Assembly: GCF_009914755.1 (NCBI RefSeq)
Contig: NC_060927.1
DNA: 64,000 nucleotides
DNA from: the human T2T-CHM13v2.0 reference genome, Homo sapiens
Strand: one strand, 5' to 3'
This document shows positions 1 to 12,800 of the stretch, piece after piece; the stretch's first letter is position 1; every line of letters starts with the position of its first letter. A program made the translations under genes and the position numbers. The notes under the pieces were generated by a model, which had not been told where the DNA came from, searched no databases, and saw nothing but the letters and a program-made list of their open reading frames with translations.

Positions 1-187
1 GTTTTATATGAAGAAATCCCGTTTCCAAACATGGCCTCAGAAAAGTCCCAATATACACTTGCAGATTCTACAGAAAGAGTTTTTCAAAACTGCTCTATCA
101 ACAGAAAGGTTAAACTCTGTGAGTTGAAGGCACACATCACAAAGTAGTTTCTGAGAATCATTCTGTCTAGTTTTTCTATGAAGATAT

Positions 188-204
188 TGCCTTTTCCACC
201 ATAG
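188..204 (+). promoter_or_regulatory. pJ-alpha-type (A-box) motif in A-type monomer 2, with a similar copy in monomer 7; repeated per HOR
   Basis: tgccttttccaccatag has one mismatch to the A-box consensus TTCCTTTTYCACCRTAG and sits at the position homologous to the CENP-B box. Confidence 0.7.
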
Positions 205-866
205 GCCTCAAACGGCGCTAAATATCCACTTGGAAATTCTACAAAAATAGGGTTACAAAACTGCTCTATCGAAAGGAAGCTTCAACTCTGCGAGTTGAAG
301 CACACATCACAAAGAAGTTTATGAGAATTCTTCTGTCTACTTTTGTATGAAGCAGTCACGTTTCAAACGAAGGCCACAAAGACGTCCAAATATCCACTTG
401 GAGATTCAACAAAAAGAGTTTTACAAAACTGCTCCATCAAGAGGAATATTCAACTCTGAGAGTTGAAGGCAGGTATCACAAAGTAGTTTCCGACAATGCT
501 TCTATCAAGATTTTATGTGAAGACATTCCCTTTTGTACCACAGGCCTGAAAGCACTCTAAAGATAGAATAGCAAATTCCACAAAAAGAGGGTTTAAAACC
601 GCTCTATCCAACGAAAGGTTAAACTCTGTCAGCTGAATGCGCACATCTCAGAGTAGCTTCAGAGAACAATTATGTCTAGTCTTTCTGGGAAGATATTTTC
701 TCTTCTACATAGGCCTGAAACCGCTCTAAATATTCACTTGGAAATTCTACAAAAAGAATACTTCAACACTCTTCCATCAAAAGGAAGGTTGAACTCTGAG
801 AGTTAAACGCACACATCACAGAGAAGTTTCTGAGAATTCTTCTGTCAAGGTTTATATGAAGAAACC

Positions 867-881
867 CCGTTTCCTATGAAG
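867..881 (-). promoter_or_regulatory. Degenerate CENP-B box (monomer 6), repeated in every HOR; predicted non-binding
   Basis: The + strand reads cccgtttcc(a/t)atgaa against the required CCCG..T....CGAA, so the essential CpG is TpG. The other B-type monomers are also broken: monomer 1 cccgtttccaaa(c/g)at, monomers 3 and 8 cacgtttcaaacgaa. Confidence 0.85.
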
Positions 882-3800
882 GCCTCAAAAAAGTCCAAAG
901 ATTTACTTGCAGATTCTACAAAAAGAGTGTTTCATAAACTGGTCTATCAAAAGAAAGTTTAAACTCAGTGAGTTGAACCCACACATCACAAAGTAGCTTC
1001 TGAGAATCATTCTGTCTAGTCCTCCTATGAAGATATTGCCTTTTCTACCATAGGCCTCAAACGGCGCTAAATATCCACCTGGAAATTCTACAAAAACTGA
1101 GTTTCTAAGGTGCTCTATTGAAAGGAAGCTTCAACTCTGTGAGTTGAAGGTACACATCACAAAGAAGTTTCTGAGAATTCTTCTGTCTAGTTGTAAATGA
1201 AGAAATCACGTTTCAAACGAAGGCCACAAAGAGGTCCAAATATCCACCTGCAGATTCTACAAAAAGAGTGTTTCCAAACTGCTCCATCAAGAGGAATGTT
1301 CAACTCGGTGCGTTGAATGCAAATATCACAAATAAGTTTCTGACAATACTTCTGTCTAGTTTTTATGTGAAGATATTTCCTTTCCTACTGTAGGCCTCAA
1401 AACGCTCTAAATAAACACTTGCAAACTCCACAAAAAGAGTGTTTCCAAACTGCTCTATCAAAGGAAGTTTAAACTCTGTCAGCTGAATGCAAGCATCACA
1501 AAACAGCTTCGGAGAATGAATCTGCCTAGTTTTTCTGTGAAGATATTTCTTTTTCTGCCATAGACCTCAAACCGCTGTAAAAATCCACTTGGAAATTCTA
1601 CAAAAAGAGGATGTCAAAACTCTTCTATCGAAAGGAAGTTTCAACTCCATGAGTTAAATGCAGATATCACAAATAATTTTCTGAGGATTCTTCTTTCAAG
1701 TTTTATATGAAGAAATCCCGTTTCCAAACATGGCCTCAGAAAAGCCCCACTATACACTTGCAGATTCTACAGAAAGAGTTTTTCAAAACTGCTCTATCAA
1801 AAGGAAGGTTAAACTCTGTGAGTTGAAGGCACACATCACAAATTAGTTTCTGAGAATCATTCTGTCTAGTTTCTCTATGAAGATATTGCCTTTTCCACCA
1901 TAGGCCTCAAACGGCGCTAAATATCCACTTGGAAATTCTACAAAAAGAGGGTTACAAAACTGCTCTATCGAAAGGAAGCTTCAACTCTGCGAGTTGAAAG
2001 CACACATCACGAAGAAGTTTATGAGAATTCTTCTGTCTACTTTTGTATGAAGCAGTCACATTTCAAACGAAGGCCACAAAGAGGTCCAAATATCCACTTG
2101 GAGATTCAACAAAAAGAGTTTTTCAAAACTGCTCCATCAAGAGGAATATTCAACTCTGAGAGTTGAAGGCAGGTATCACAAAGTAGTTTCCGACAATGCT
2201 TCTGTCTAGATTTTATGTGAAGACATTCCCTTTTGTACCAGAGGCCTGAAAGCACTCTAAAGATAGAATAGCAAATTCCACAAAAAGAGGGTTTAAAACC
2301 GCTCTATCCAACGAAAGGTTAAACTCTGTCAGCTGAATGCGCACATCACAGAGTAGCTTCAGAGAACAATTATGTCTAGTCTTTCTGGGAAGATATTTTC
2401 TCTTCTACATAGGCCTGAAACCGCTCTAAATACTCACTTGGAAATTCTACAAAAAGAATACTTCAACACTCTTCCATCAAAAGGAAGGTTGAACTCTGAG
2501 AGTTAAACGCACACATCACAGAGAAGTTTCTGAGAATTCTTCTGTCAAGGTTTATATGAAGAAACCCCGTTTCCAATGAAGGCCTCAAAAAAGTCCAAAG
2601 ATTTACTTGCAGATTCTACAAAAAGAGTGTTTCATAAACTGGTCTATCAAAAGAAAGGTTAAACTCAGTGAGTTGAACCCACACATCACAAAGTAGCTTC
2701 TGAGAATCATTCTGTCTAGTCCTCCTACGAAGATATTGCCTTTTCTACCATAGGCCTCAAACGGCGCTAAATATCCACCTGGAAATTCTACAAAAACTGA
2801 GTTTCTAAGGTGCTCTATTGAAAGGAAGCTTCAACTCTGTGAGTTGAAGGTACACATCACAAAGAAGTTTCTGAGAATTCTTCTGTCTAGTTGTAAATGA
2901 AGAAATCACGTTTCAAACGAAGGCCACAAAGAGGTCCAAATATCCACCTGCAGATTCTACAAAAAGAGTGTTTCCAAACTGCTCCATCAAGAGGAATGTT
3001 CAACTCTGTGCGTTGAATGCAAATATCACAAATAAGTTTCTGACAATACTTCTGTCTAGTTTTTATGTGAAGATATTTCCTTTCCTACTGTAGGCCTCAA
3101 AACGCTCTAAATAAACACTTGCAAACTCCACAAAAAGAGTGTTTCCAAACTGCTCTATCAAACGAAGTTTAAACTCTGTCAGCTGAATGCAAGCATCACA
3201 AAACAGCTTCGGAGAATGAATCTGCCTTGTTTTTCTGTGAAGATATTTCTTTTTCTGCCATAGACCTCAAACCGCTGTAAAAATCCACTTGGAAATTCTA
3301 CAAAAAGAGGATGTCAAAACTCTTCTATCGAAAGGAAGTTTCAATTCCATGAGTTAAATGCACATATCACAAATAATTTTCTGAGGATTCTTCTTTCAAG
3401 TTTTATATGAAGAAATCCCGTTTCCAAACATGGCCTCAGAAAAGTCCCAATATACACTTGCAGATTCTACAGAAAGAGTTTTTCAAAACTGCTCTATCAA
3501 CAGAAAGGTTAAACTCTGTGAGTTGAAGGCACACATCACAAAGTAGTTTCTGAGAATCATTCTGTCTAGTTTTTCTATGAAGATATTGCCTTTTCCACCA
3601 TAGGCCTCAAACGGCGCTAAATATCCACTTGGAAATTCTACAAAAATAGGGTTACAAAACTGCTCTATCGAAAGGAAGCTTCAACTCTGCGAGTTGAAGC
3701 ACACATCACAAAGAAGTTTATGAGAATTCTTCTGTCTACTTTTGTATGAAGCAGTCACGTTTCAAACGAAGGCCACAAAGACGTCCAAATATCCACTTGG

Positions 3801-6800
3801 AGATTCAACAAAAAGAGTTTTACAAAACTGCTCCATCAAGAGGAATATTCAACTCTGAGAGTTGAAGGCAGGTATCACAAAGTAGTTTCCGACAATGCTT
3901 CTATCAAGATTTTATGTGAAGACATTCCCTTTTGTACCACAGGCCTGAAAGCACTCTAAAGATAGAATAGCAAATTCCACAAAAAGAGGGTTTAAAACCG
4001 CTCTATCCAACGAAAGGTTAAACTCTGTCAGCTGAATGCGCACATCTCAGAGTAGCTTCAGAGAACAATTATGTCTAGTCTTTCTGGGAAGATATTTTCT
4101 CTTCTACATAGGCCTGAAACCGCTCTAAATATTCACTTGGAAATTCTACAAAAAGAATACTTCAACACTCTTCCATCAAAAGGAAGGTTGAACTCTGAGA
4201 GTTAAACGCACACATCACAGAGAAGTTTCTGAGAATTCTTCTGTCAAGGTTTATATGAAGAAACCCCGTTTCCAATGAAGGCCTCAAAAAAGTCCAAAGA
4301 TTTACTTGCAGATTCTACAAAAAGAGTGTTTCATAAACTGGTCTATCAAAAGAAAGTTTAAACTCAGTGAGTTGAACCCACACATCACAAAGTAGCTTCT
4401 GAGAATCATTCTGTCTAGTCCTCCTATGAAGATATTGCCTTTTCTACCATAGGCCTCAAACGGCGCTAAATATCCACCTGGAAATTCTACAAAAACTGAG
4501 TTTCTAAGGTGCTCTATTGAAAGGAAGCTTCAACTCTGTGAGTTGAAGGTACACATCACAAAGAAGTTTCTGAGAATTCTTCTGTCTAGTTGTAAATGAA
4601 GAAATCACGTTTCAAACGAAGGCCACAAAGAGGTCCAAATATCCACCTGCAGATTCTACAAAAAGAGTGTTTCCAAACTGCTCCATCAAGAGGAATGTTC
4701 AACTCGGTGCGTTGAATGCAAATATCACAAATAAGTTTCTGACAATACTTCTGTCTAGTTTTTATGTGAAGATATTTCCTTTCCTACTGTAGGCCTCAAA
4801 ACGCTCTAAATAAACACTTGCAAACTCCACAAAAAGAGTGTTTCCAAACTGCTCTATCAAAGGAAGTTTAAACTCTGTCAGCTGAATGCAAGCATCACAA
4901 AACAGCTTCGGAGAATGAATCTGCCTAGTTTTTCTGTGAAGATATTTCTTTTTCTGCCAAAGACCTCAAACCGCTGTAAAAATCCACTTGGAAATTCTAC
5001 AAAAAGAGGATGTCAAAACTCTTCTATCGAAAGGAAGTTTCAACTCCATGAGTTAAATGCAGATATCACAAATAATTTTCTGAGGATTCTTCTTTCAAGT
5101 TTTATATGAAGAAATCCCGTTTCCAAACATGGCCTCAGAAAAGCCCCACTATACACTTGCAGATTCTACAGAAAGAGTTTTTCAAAACTGCTCTATCAAA
5201 AGGAAGGTTAAACTCTGTGAGTTGAAGGCACACATCACAAATTAGTTTCTGAGAATCATTCTGTCTAGTTTCTCTATGAAGATATTGCCTTTTCCACCAT
5301 AGGCCTCAAACGGCGCTAAATATCCACTTGGAAATTCTACAAAAAGAGGGTTACAAAACTGCTCTATCGAAAGGAAGCTTCAACTCTGCGAGTTGAAAGC
5401 ACACATCACGAAGAAGTTTATGAGAATTCTTCTGTCTACTTTTGTATGAAGCAGTCACATTTCAAACGAAGGCCACAAAGAGGTCCAAATATCCACTTGG
5501 AGATTCAACAAAAAGAGTTTTTCAAAACTGCTCCATCAAGAGGAATATTCAACTCTGAGAGTTGAAGGCAGGTATCACAAAGTAGTTTCCGACAATGCTT
5601 CTGTCTAGATTTTATGTGAAGACATTCCCTTTTGTACCAGAGGCCTGAAAGCACTCTAAAGATAGAATAGCAAATTCCACAAAAAGAGGGTTTAAAACCG
5701 CTCTATCCAACGAAAGGTTAAACTCTGTCAGCTGAATGCGCACATCACAGAGTAGCTTCAGAGAACAATTATGTCTAGTCTTTCTGGGAAGATATTTTCT
5801 CTTCTACATAGGCCTGAAACCGCTCTAAATACTCACTTGGAAATTCTACAAAAAGAATACTTCAACACTCTTCCATCAAAAGGAAGGTTGAACTCTGAGA
5901 GTTAAACGCACACATCACAGAGAAGTTTCTGAGAATTCTTCTGTCAAGGTTTATATGAAGAAACCCCGTTTCCAATGAAGGCCTCAAAAAAGTCCAAAGA
6001 TTTACTTGCAGATTCTACAAAAAGAGTGTTTCATAAACTGGTCTATCAAAAGAAAGGTTAAACTCAGTGAGTTGAACCCACACATCACAAAGTAGCTTCT
6101 GAGAATCATTCTGTCTAGTCCTCCTACGAAGATATTGCCTTTTCTACCATAGGCCTCAAACGGCGCTAAATATCCACCTGGAAATTCTACAAAAACTGAG
6201 TTTCTAAGGTGCTCTATTGAAAGGAAGCTTCAACTCTGTGAGTTGAAGGTACACATCACAAAGAAGTTTCTGAGAATTCTTCTGTCTAGTTGTAAATGAA
6301 GAAATCACGTTTCAAACGAAGGCCACAAAGAGGTCCAAATATCCACCTGCAGATTCTACAAAAAGAGTGTTTCCAAACTGCTCCATCAAGAGGAATGTTC
6401 AACTCTGTGCGTTGAATGCAAATATCACAAATAAGTTTCTGACAATACTTCTGTCTAGTTTTTATGTGAAGATATTTCCTTTCCTACTGTAGGCCTCAAA
6501 ACGCTCTAAATAAACACTTGCAAACTCCACAAAAAGAGTGTTTCCAAACTGCTCTATCAAACGAAGTTTAAACTCTGTCAGCTGAATGCAAGCATCACAA
6601 AACAGCTTCGGAGAATGAATCTGCCTTGTTTTTCTGTGAAGATATTTCTTTTTCTGCCATAGACCTCAAACCGCTGTAAAAATCCACTTGGAAATTCTAC
6701 AAAAAGAGGATGTCAAAACTCTTCTATCGAAAGGAAGTTTCAATTCCATGAGTTAAATGCACATATCACAAATAATTTTCTGAGGATTCTTCTTTCAAGT

Positions 6801-9800
6801 TTTATATGAAGAAATCCCGTTTCCAAACATGGCCTCAGAAAAGTCCCAATATACACTTGCAGATTCTACAGAAAGAGTTTTTCAAAACTGCTCTATCAAC
6901 AGAAAGGTTAAACTCTGTGAGTTGAAGGCACACATCACAAAGTAGTTTCTGAGAATCATTCTGTCTAGTTTTTCTATGAAGATATTGCCTTTTCCACCAT
7001 AGGCCTCAAACGGCGCTAAATATCCACTTGGAAATTCTACAAAAATAGGGTTACAAAACTGCTCTATCGAAAGGAAGCTTCAACTCTGCGAGTTGAAGCA
7101 CACATCACAAAGAAGTTTATGAGAATTCTTCTGTCTACTTTTGTATGAAGCAGTCACGTTTCAAACGAAGGCCACAAAGACGTCCAAATATCCACTTGGA
7201 GATTCAACAAAAAGAGTTTTTCAAAACTGCTCCATCAAGAGGAATATTCAACTCTGAGAGTTGAAGGCAGGTATCACAAAGTAGTTTCCGACAATGCTTC
7301 TATCAAGATTTTATGTGAAGACATTCCCTTTTGTACCACAGGCCTGAAAGCACTCTAAAGATAGAATAGCAAATTCCACAAAAAGAGGGTTTAAAACCGC
7401 TCTATCCAACGAAAGGTTAAACTCTGTCAGCTGAATGCGCACATCTCAGAGTAGCTTCAGAGAACAATTATGTCTAGTCTTTCTGGGAAGATATTTTCTC
7501 TTCTACATAGGCCTGAAACCACTCTAAATATTCACTTGGAAATTCTACAAAAAGAATACTTCAACACTCTTCCATCAAAAGGAAGGTTGAACTCTGAGAG
7601 TTAAACGCACACATCACAGAGAAGTTTCTGAGAATTCTTCTGTCAAGGTTTATATGAAGAAACCCCGTTTCCAATGAAGGCCTCAAAAAAGTCCAAAGAT
7701 TTACTTGCAGATTCTACAAAAAGAGTGTTTCATAAACTGGTCTATCAAAAGAAAGTTTAAACTCAGTGAGTTGAACCCACACATCACAAAGTAGCTTCTG
7801 AGAATCATTCTGTCTAGTCCTCCTATGAAGATATTGCCTTTTCTACCATAGGCCTCAAACGGCGCTAAATATCCACCTGGAAATTCTACAAAAACTGAGT
7901 TTCTAAGGTGCTCTATTGAAAGGAAGCTTCAACTCTGTGAGTTGAAGGTACACATCACAAAGAAGTTTCTGAGAATTCTTCTGTCTAGTTGTAAATGAAG
8001 AAATCACGTTTCAAACGAAGGCCACAAAGAGGTCCAAATATCCACCTGCAGATTCTACAAAAAGAGTGTTTCCAAACTGCTCCATCAAGAGGAATGTTCA
8101 ACTCGGTGCGTTGAATGCAAATATCACAAATAAGTTTCTGACAATACTTCTGTCTAGTTTTTATGTGAAGATATTTCCTTTCCTACTGTAGGCCTCAAAA
8201 CGCTCTAAATAAACACTTGCAAACTCCACAAAAAGAGTGTTTCCAAACTGCTCTATCAAAGGAAGTTTAAACTCTGTCAGCTGAATGCAAGCATCACAAA
8301 ACAGCTTCGGAGAATGAATCTGCCTAGTTTTTCTGTGAAGATATTTCTTTTTCTGCCATAGACCTCAAACCGCTGTAAAAATCCACTTGGAAATTCTACA
8401 AAAAGAGGATGTCAAAACTCTTCTATCGAAAGGAAGTTTCAACTCCATGAGTTAAATGCAGATATCACAAATAATTTTCTGAGGATTCTTCTTTCAAGTT
8501 TTATATGAAGAAATCCCGTTTCCAAACATGGCCTCAGAAAAGCCCCACTATACACTTGCAGATTCTACAGAAAGAGTTTTTCAAAACTGCTCTATCAAAA
8601 GGAAGGTTAAACTCTGTGAGTTGAAGGCACACATCACAAATTAGTTTCTGAGAATCATTCTGTCTAGTTTCTCTATGAAGATATTGCCTTTTCCACCATA
8701 GGCCTCAAACGGCGCTAAATATCCACTTGGAAATTCTACAAAAAGAGGGTTACAAAACTGCTCTATCGAAAGGAAGCTTCAACTCTGCGAGTTGAAAGCA
8801 CACATCACGAAGAAGTTTATGAGAATTCTTCTGTCTACTTTTGTATGAAGCAGTCACATTTCAAACGAAGGCCACAAAGAGGTCCAAATATCCACTTGGA
8901 GATTCAACAAAAAGAGTTTTTCAAAACTGCTCCATCAAGAGGAATATTCAACTCTGAGAGTTGAAGGCAGGTATCACAAAGTAGTTTCCGACAATGCTTC
9001 TGTCTAGATTTTATGTGAAGACATTCCCTTTTGTACCAGAGGCCTGAAAGCACTCTAAAGATAGAATAGCAAATTCCACAAAAAGAGGGTTTAAAACCGC
9101 TCTATCCAACGAAAGGTTAAACTCTGTCAGCTGAATGCGCACATCACAGAGTAGCTTCAGAGAACAATTATGTCTAGTCTTTCTGGGAAGATATTTTCTC
9201 TTCTACATAGGCCTGAAACCGCTCTAAATACTCACTTCGAAATTCTACAAAAAGAATACTTCAACACTCTTCCATCAAAAGGAAGGTTGAACTCTGAGAG
9301 TTAAACGCACACATCACAGAGAAGTTTCTGAGAATTCTTCTGTCAAGGTTTATATGAAGAAACCCCGTTTCCAATGAAGGCCTCAAAAAAGTCCAAAGAT
9401 TTACTTGCAGATTCTACAAAAAGAGTGTTTCATAAACTGGTCTATCAAAAGAAAGGTTAAACTCAGTGAGTTGAACCCACACATCACAAAGTAGCTTCTG
9501 AGAATCATTCTGTCTAGTCCTCCTACGAAGATATTGCCTTTTCTACCATAGGCCTCAAACGGCGCTAAATATCCACCTGGAAATTCTACAAAAACTGAGT
9601 TTCTAAGGTGCTCTATTGAAAGGAAGCTTCAACTCTGTGAGTTGAAGGTACACATCACAAAGAAGTTTCTGAGAATTCTTCTGTCTAGTTGTAAATGAAG
9701 AAATCACGTTTCAAACGAAGGCCACAAAGAGGTCCAAATATCCACCTGCAGATTCTACAAAAAGAGTGTTTCCAAACTGCTCCATCAAGAGGAATGTTCA

Positions 9801-12800
9801 ACTCTGTGCGTTGAATGCAAATATCACAAATAAGTTTCTGACAATACTTCTGTCTAGTTTTTATGTGAAGATATTTCCTTTCCTACTGTAGGCCTCAAAA
9901 CGCTCTAAATAAACACTTGCAAACTCCACAAAAAGAGTGTTTCCAAACTGCTCTATCAAACGAAGTTTAAACTCTGTCAGCTGAATGCAAGCATCACAAA
10001 ACAGCTTCGGAGAATGAATCTGCCTTGTTTTTCTGTGAAGATATTTCTTTTTCTGCCATAGACCTCAAACCGCTGTAAAAATCCACTTGGAAATTCTACA
10101 AAAAGAGGATGTCAAAACTCTTCTATCGAAAGGAAGTTTCAATTCCATGAGTTAAATGCACATATCACAAATAATTTTCTGAGGATTCTTCTTTCAAGTT
10201 TTATATGAAGAAATCCCGTTTCCAAACATGGCCTCAGAAAAGTCCCAATATACACTTGCAGATTCTACAGAAAGAGTTTTTCAAAACTGCTCTATCAACA
10301 GAAAGGTTAAACTCTGTGAGTTGAAGGCACACATCACAAAGTAGTTTCTGAGAATCATTCTGTCTAGTTTTTCTATGAAGATATTGCCTTTTCCACCATA
10401 GGCCTCAAACGGCGCTAAATATCCACTTGGAAATTCTACAAAAATAGGGTTACAAAACTGCTCTATCGAAAGGAAGCTTCAACTCTGCGAGTTGAAGCAC
10501 ACATCACAAAGAAGTTTATGAGAATTCTTCTGTCTACTTTTGTATGAAGCAGTCACGTTTCAAACGAAGGCCACAAAGACGTCCAAATATCCACTTGGAG
10601 ATTCAACAAAAAGAGTTTTACAAAACTGCTCCATCAAGAGGAATATTCAACTCTGAGAGTTGAAGGCAGGTATCACAAAGTAGTTTCCGACAATGCTTCT
10701 ATCAAGATTTTATGTGAAGACATTCCCTTTTGTACCACAGGCCTGAAAGCACTCTAAAGATAGAATAGCAAATTCCACAAAAAGAGGGTTTAAAACCGCT
10801 CTATCCAACGAAAGGTTAAACTCTGTCAGCTGAATGCGCACATCTCAGAGTAGCTTCAGAGAACAATTATGTCTAGTCTTTCTGGGAAGATATTTTCTCT
10901 TCTACATAGGCCTGAAACCGCTCTAAATATTCACTTGGAAATTCTACAAAAAGAATACTTCAACACTCTTCCATCAAAAGGAAGGTTGAACTCTGAGAGT
11001 TAAACGCACACATCACAGAGAAGTTTCTGAGAATTCTTCTGTCAAGGTTTATATGAAGAAACCCCGTTTCCTATGAAGGCCTCAAAAAAGTCCAAAGATT
11101 TACTTGCAGATTCTACAAAAAGAGTGTTTCATAAACTGGTCTATCAAAAGAAAGTTTAAACTCAGTGAGTTGAACCCACACATCACAAAGTAGCTTCTGA
11201 GAATCATTCTGTCTAGTCCTCCTATGAAGATATTGCCTTTTCTACCATAGGCCTCAAACGGCGCTAAATATCCACCTGGAAATTCTACAAAAACTGAGTT
11301 TCTAAGGTGCTCTATTGAAAGGAAGCTTCAACTCTGTGAGTTGAAGGTACACATCACAAAGAAGTTTCTGAGAATTCTTCTGTCTAGTTGTAAATGAAGA
11401 AATCACGTTTCAAACGAAGGCCACAAAGAGGTCCAAATATCCACCTGCAGATTCTACAAAAAGAGTGTTTCCAAACTGCTCCATCAAGAGGAATGTTCAA
11501 CTCGGTGCGTTGAATGCAAATATCACAAATAAGTTTCTGACAATACTTCTGTCTAGTTTTTATGTGAAGATATTTCCTTTCCTACTGTAGGCCTCAAAAC
11601 GCTCTAAATAAACACTTGCAAACTCCACAAAAAGAGTGTTTCCAAACTGCTCTATCAAAGGAAGTTTAAACTCTGTCAGCTGAATGCAAGCATCACAAAA
11701 CAGCTTCGGAGAATGAATCTGCCTAGTTTTTCTGTGAAGATATTTCTTTTTCTGCCATAGACCTCAAACCGCTGTAAAAATCCACTTGGAAATTCTACAA
11801 AAAGAGGATGTCAAAACTCTTCTATCGAAAGGAAGTTTCAACTCCATGAGTTAAATGCAGATATCACAAATAATTTTCTGAGGATTCTTCTTTCAAGTTT
11901 TATATGAAGAAATCCCGTTTCCAAACATGGCCTCAGAAAAGCCCCACTATACACTTGCAGATTCTACAGAAAGAGTTTTTCAAAACTGCTCTATCAAAAG
12001 GAAGGTTAAACTCTGTGAGTTGAAGGCACACATCACAAATTAGTTTCTGAGAATCATTCTGTCTAGTTTCTCTATGAAGATATTGCCTTTTCCACCATAG
12101 GCCTCAAACGGCGCTAAATATCCACTTGGAAATTCTACAAAAAGAGGGTTACAAAACTGCTCTATCGAAAGGAAGCTTCAACTCTGCGAGTTGAAAGCAC
12201 ACATCACGAAGAAGTTTATGAGAATTCTTCTGTCTACTTTTGTATGAAGCAGTCACATTTCAAACGAAGGCCACAAAGAGGTCCAAATATCCACTTGGAG
12301 ATTCAACAAAAAGAGTTTTTCAAAACTGCTCCATCAAGAGGAATATTCAACTCTGAGAGTTGAAGGCAGGTATCACAAAGTAGTTTCCGACAATGCTTCT
12401 GTCTAGATTTTATGTGAAGACATTCCCTTTTGTACCAGAGGCCTGAAAGCACTCTAAAGATAGAATAGCAAATTCCACAAAAAGAGGGTTTAAAACCGCT
12501 CTATCCAACGAAAGGTTAAACTCTGTCAGCTGAATGCGCACATCACAGAGTAGCTTCAGAGAACAATTATGTCTAGTCTTTCTGGGAAGATATTTTCTCT
12601 TCTACATAGGCCTGAAACCGCTCTAAATACTCACTTGGAAATTCTACAAAAAGAATACTTCAACACTCTTCCATCAAAAGGAAGGTTGAACTCTGAGAGT
12701 TAAACGCACACATCACAGAGAAGTTTCTGAGAATTCTTCTGTCAAGGTTTATATGAAGAAACCCCGTTTCCAATGAAGGCCTCAAAAAAGTCCAAAGATT

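Noticed and set aside
604-616. ctatccaacgaaa, resembling half a CENP-B box (new CpG in the young layer)
   Set aside because: It lacks the CCCG half and is not at the box position. It results from a single A>C change at 612.
4915-5109. 64-aa ORF
   Set aside because: It exists only because the private T>A at 4960 removes a TAG stop present in sister copies. It is a translation of satellite DNA.
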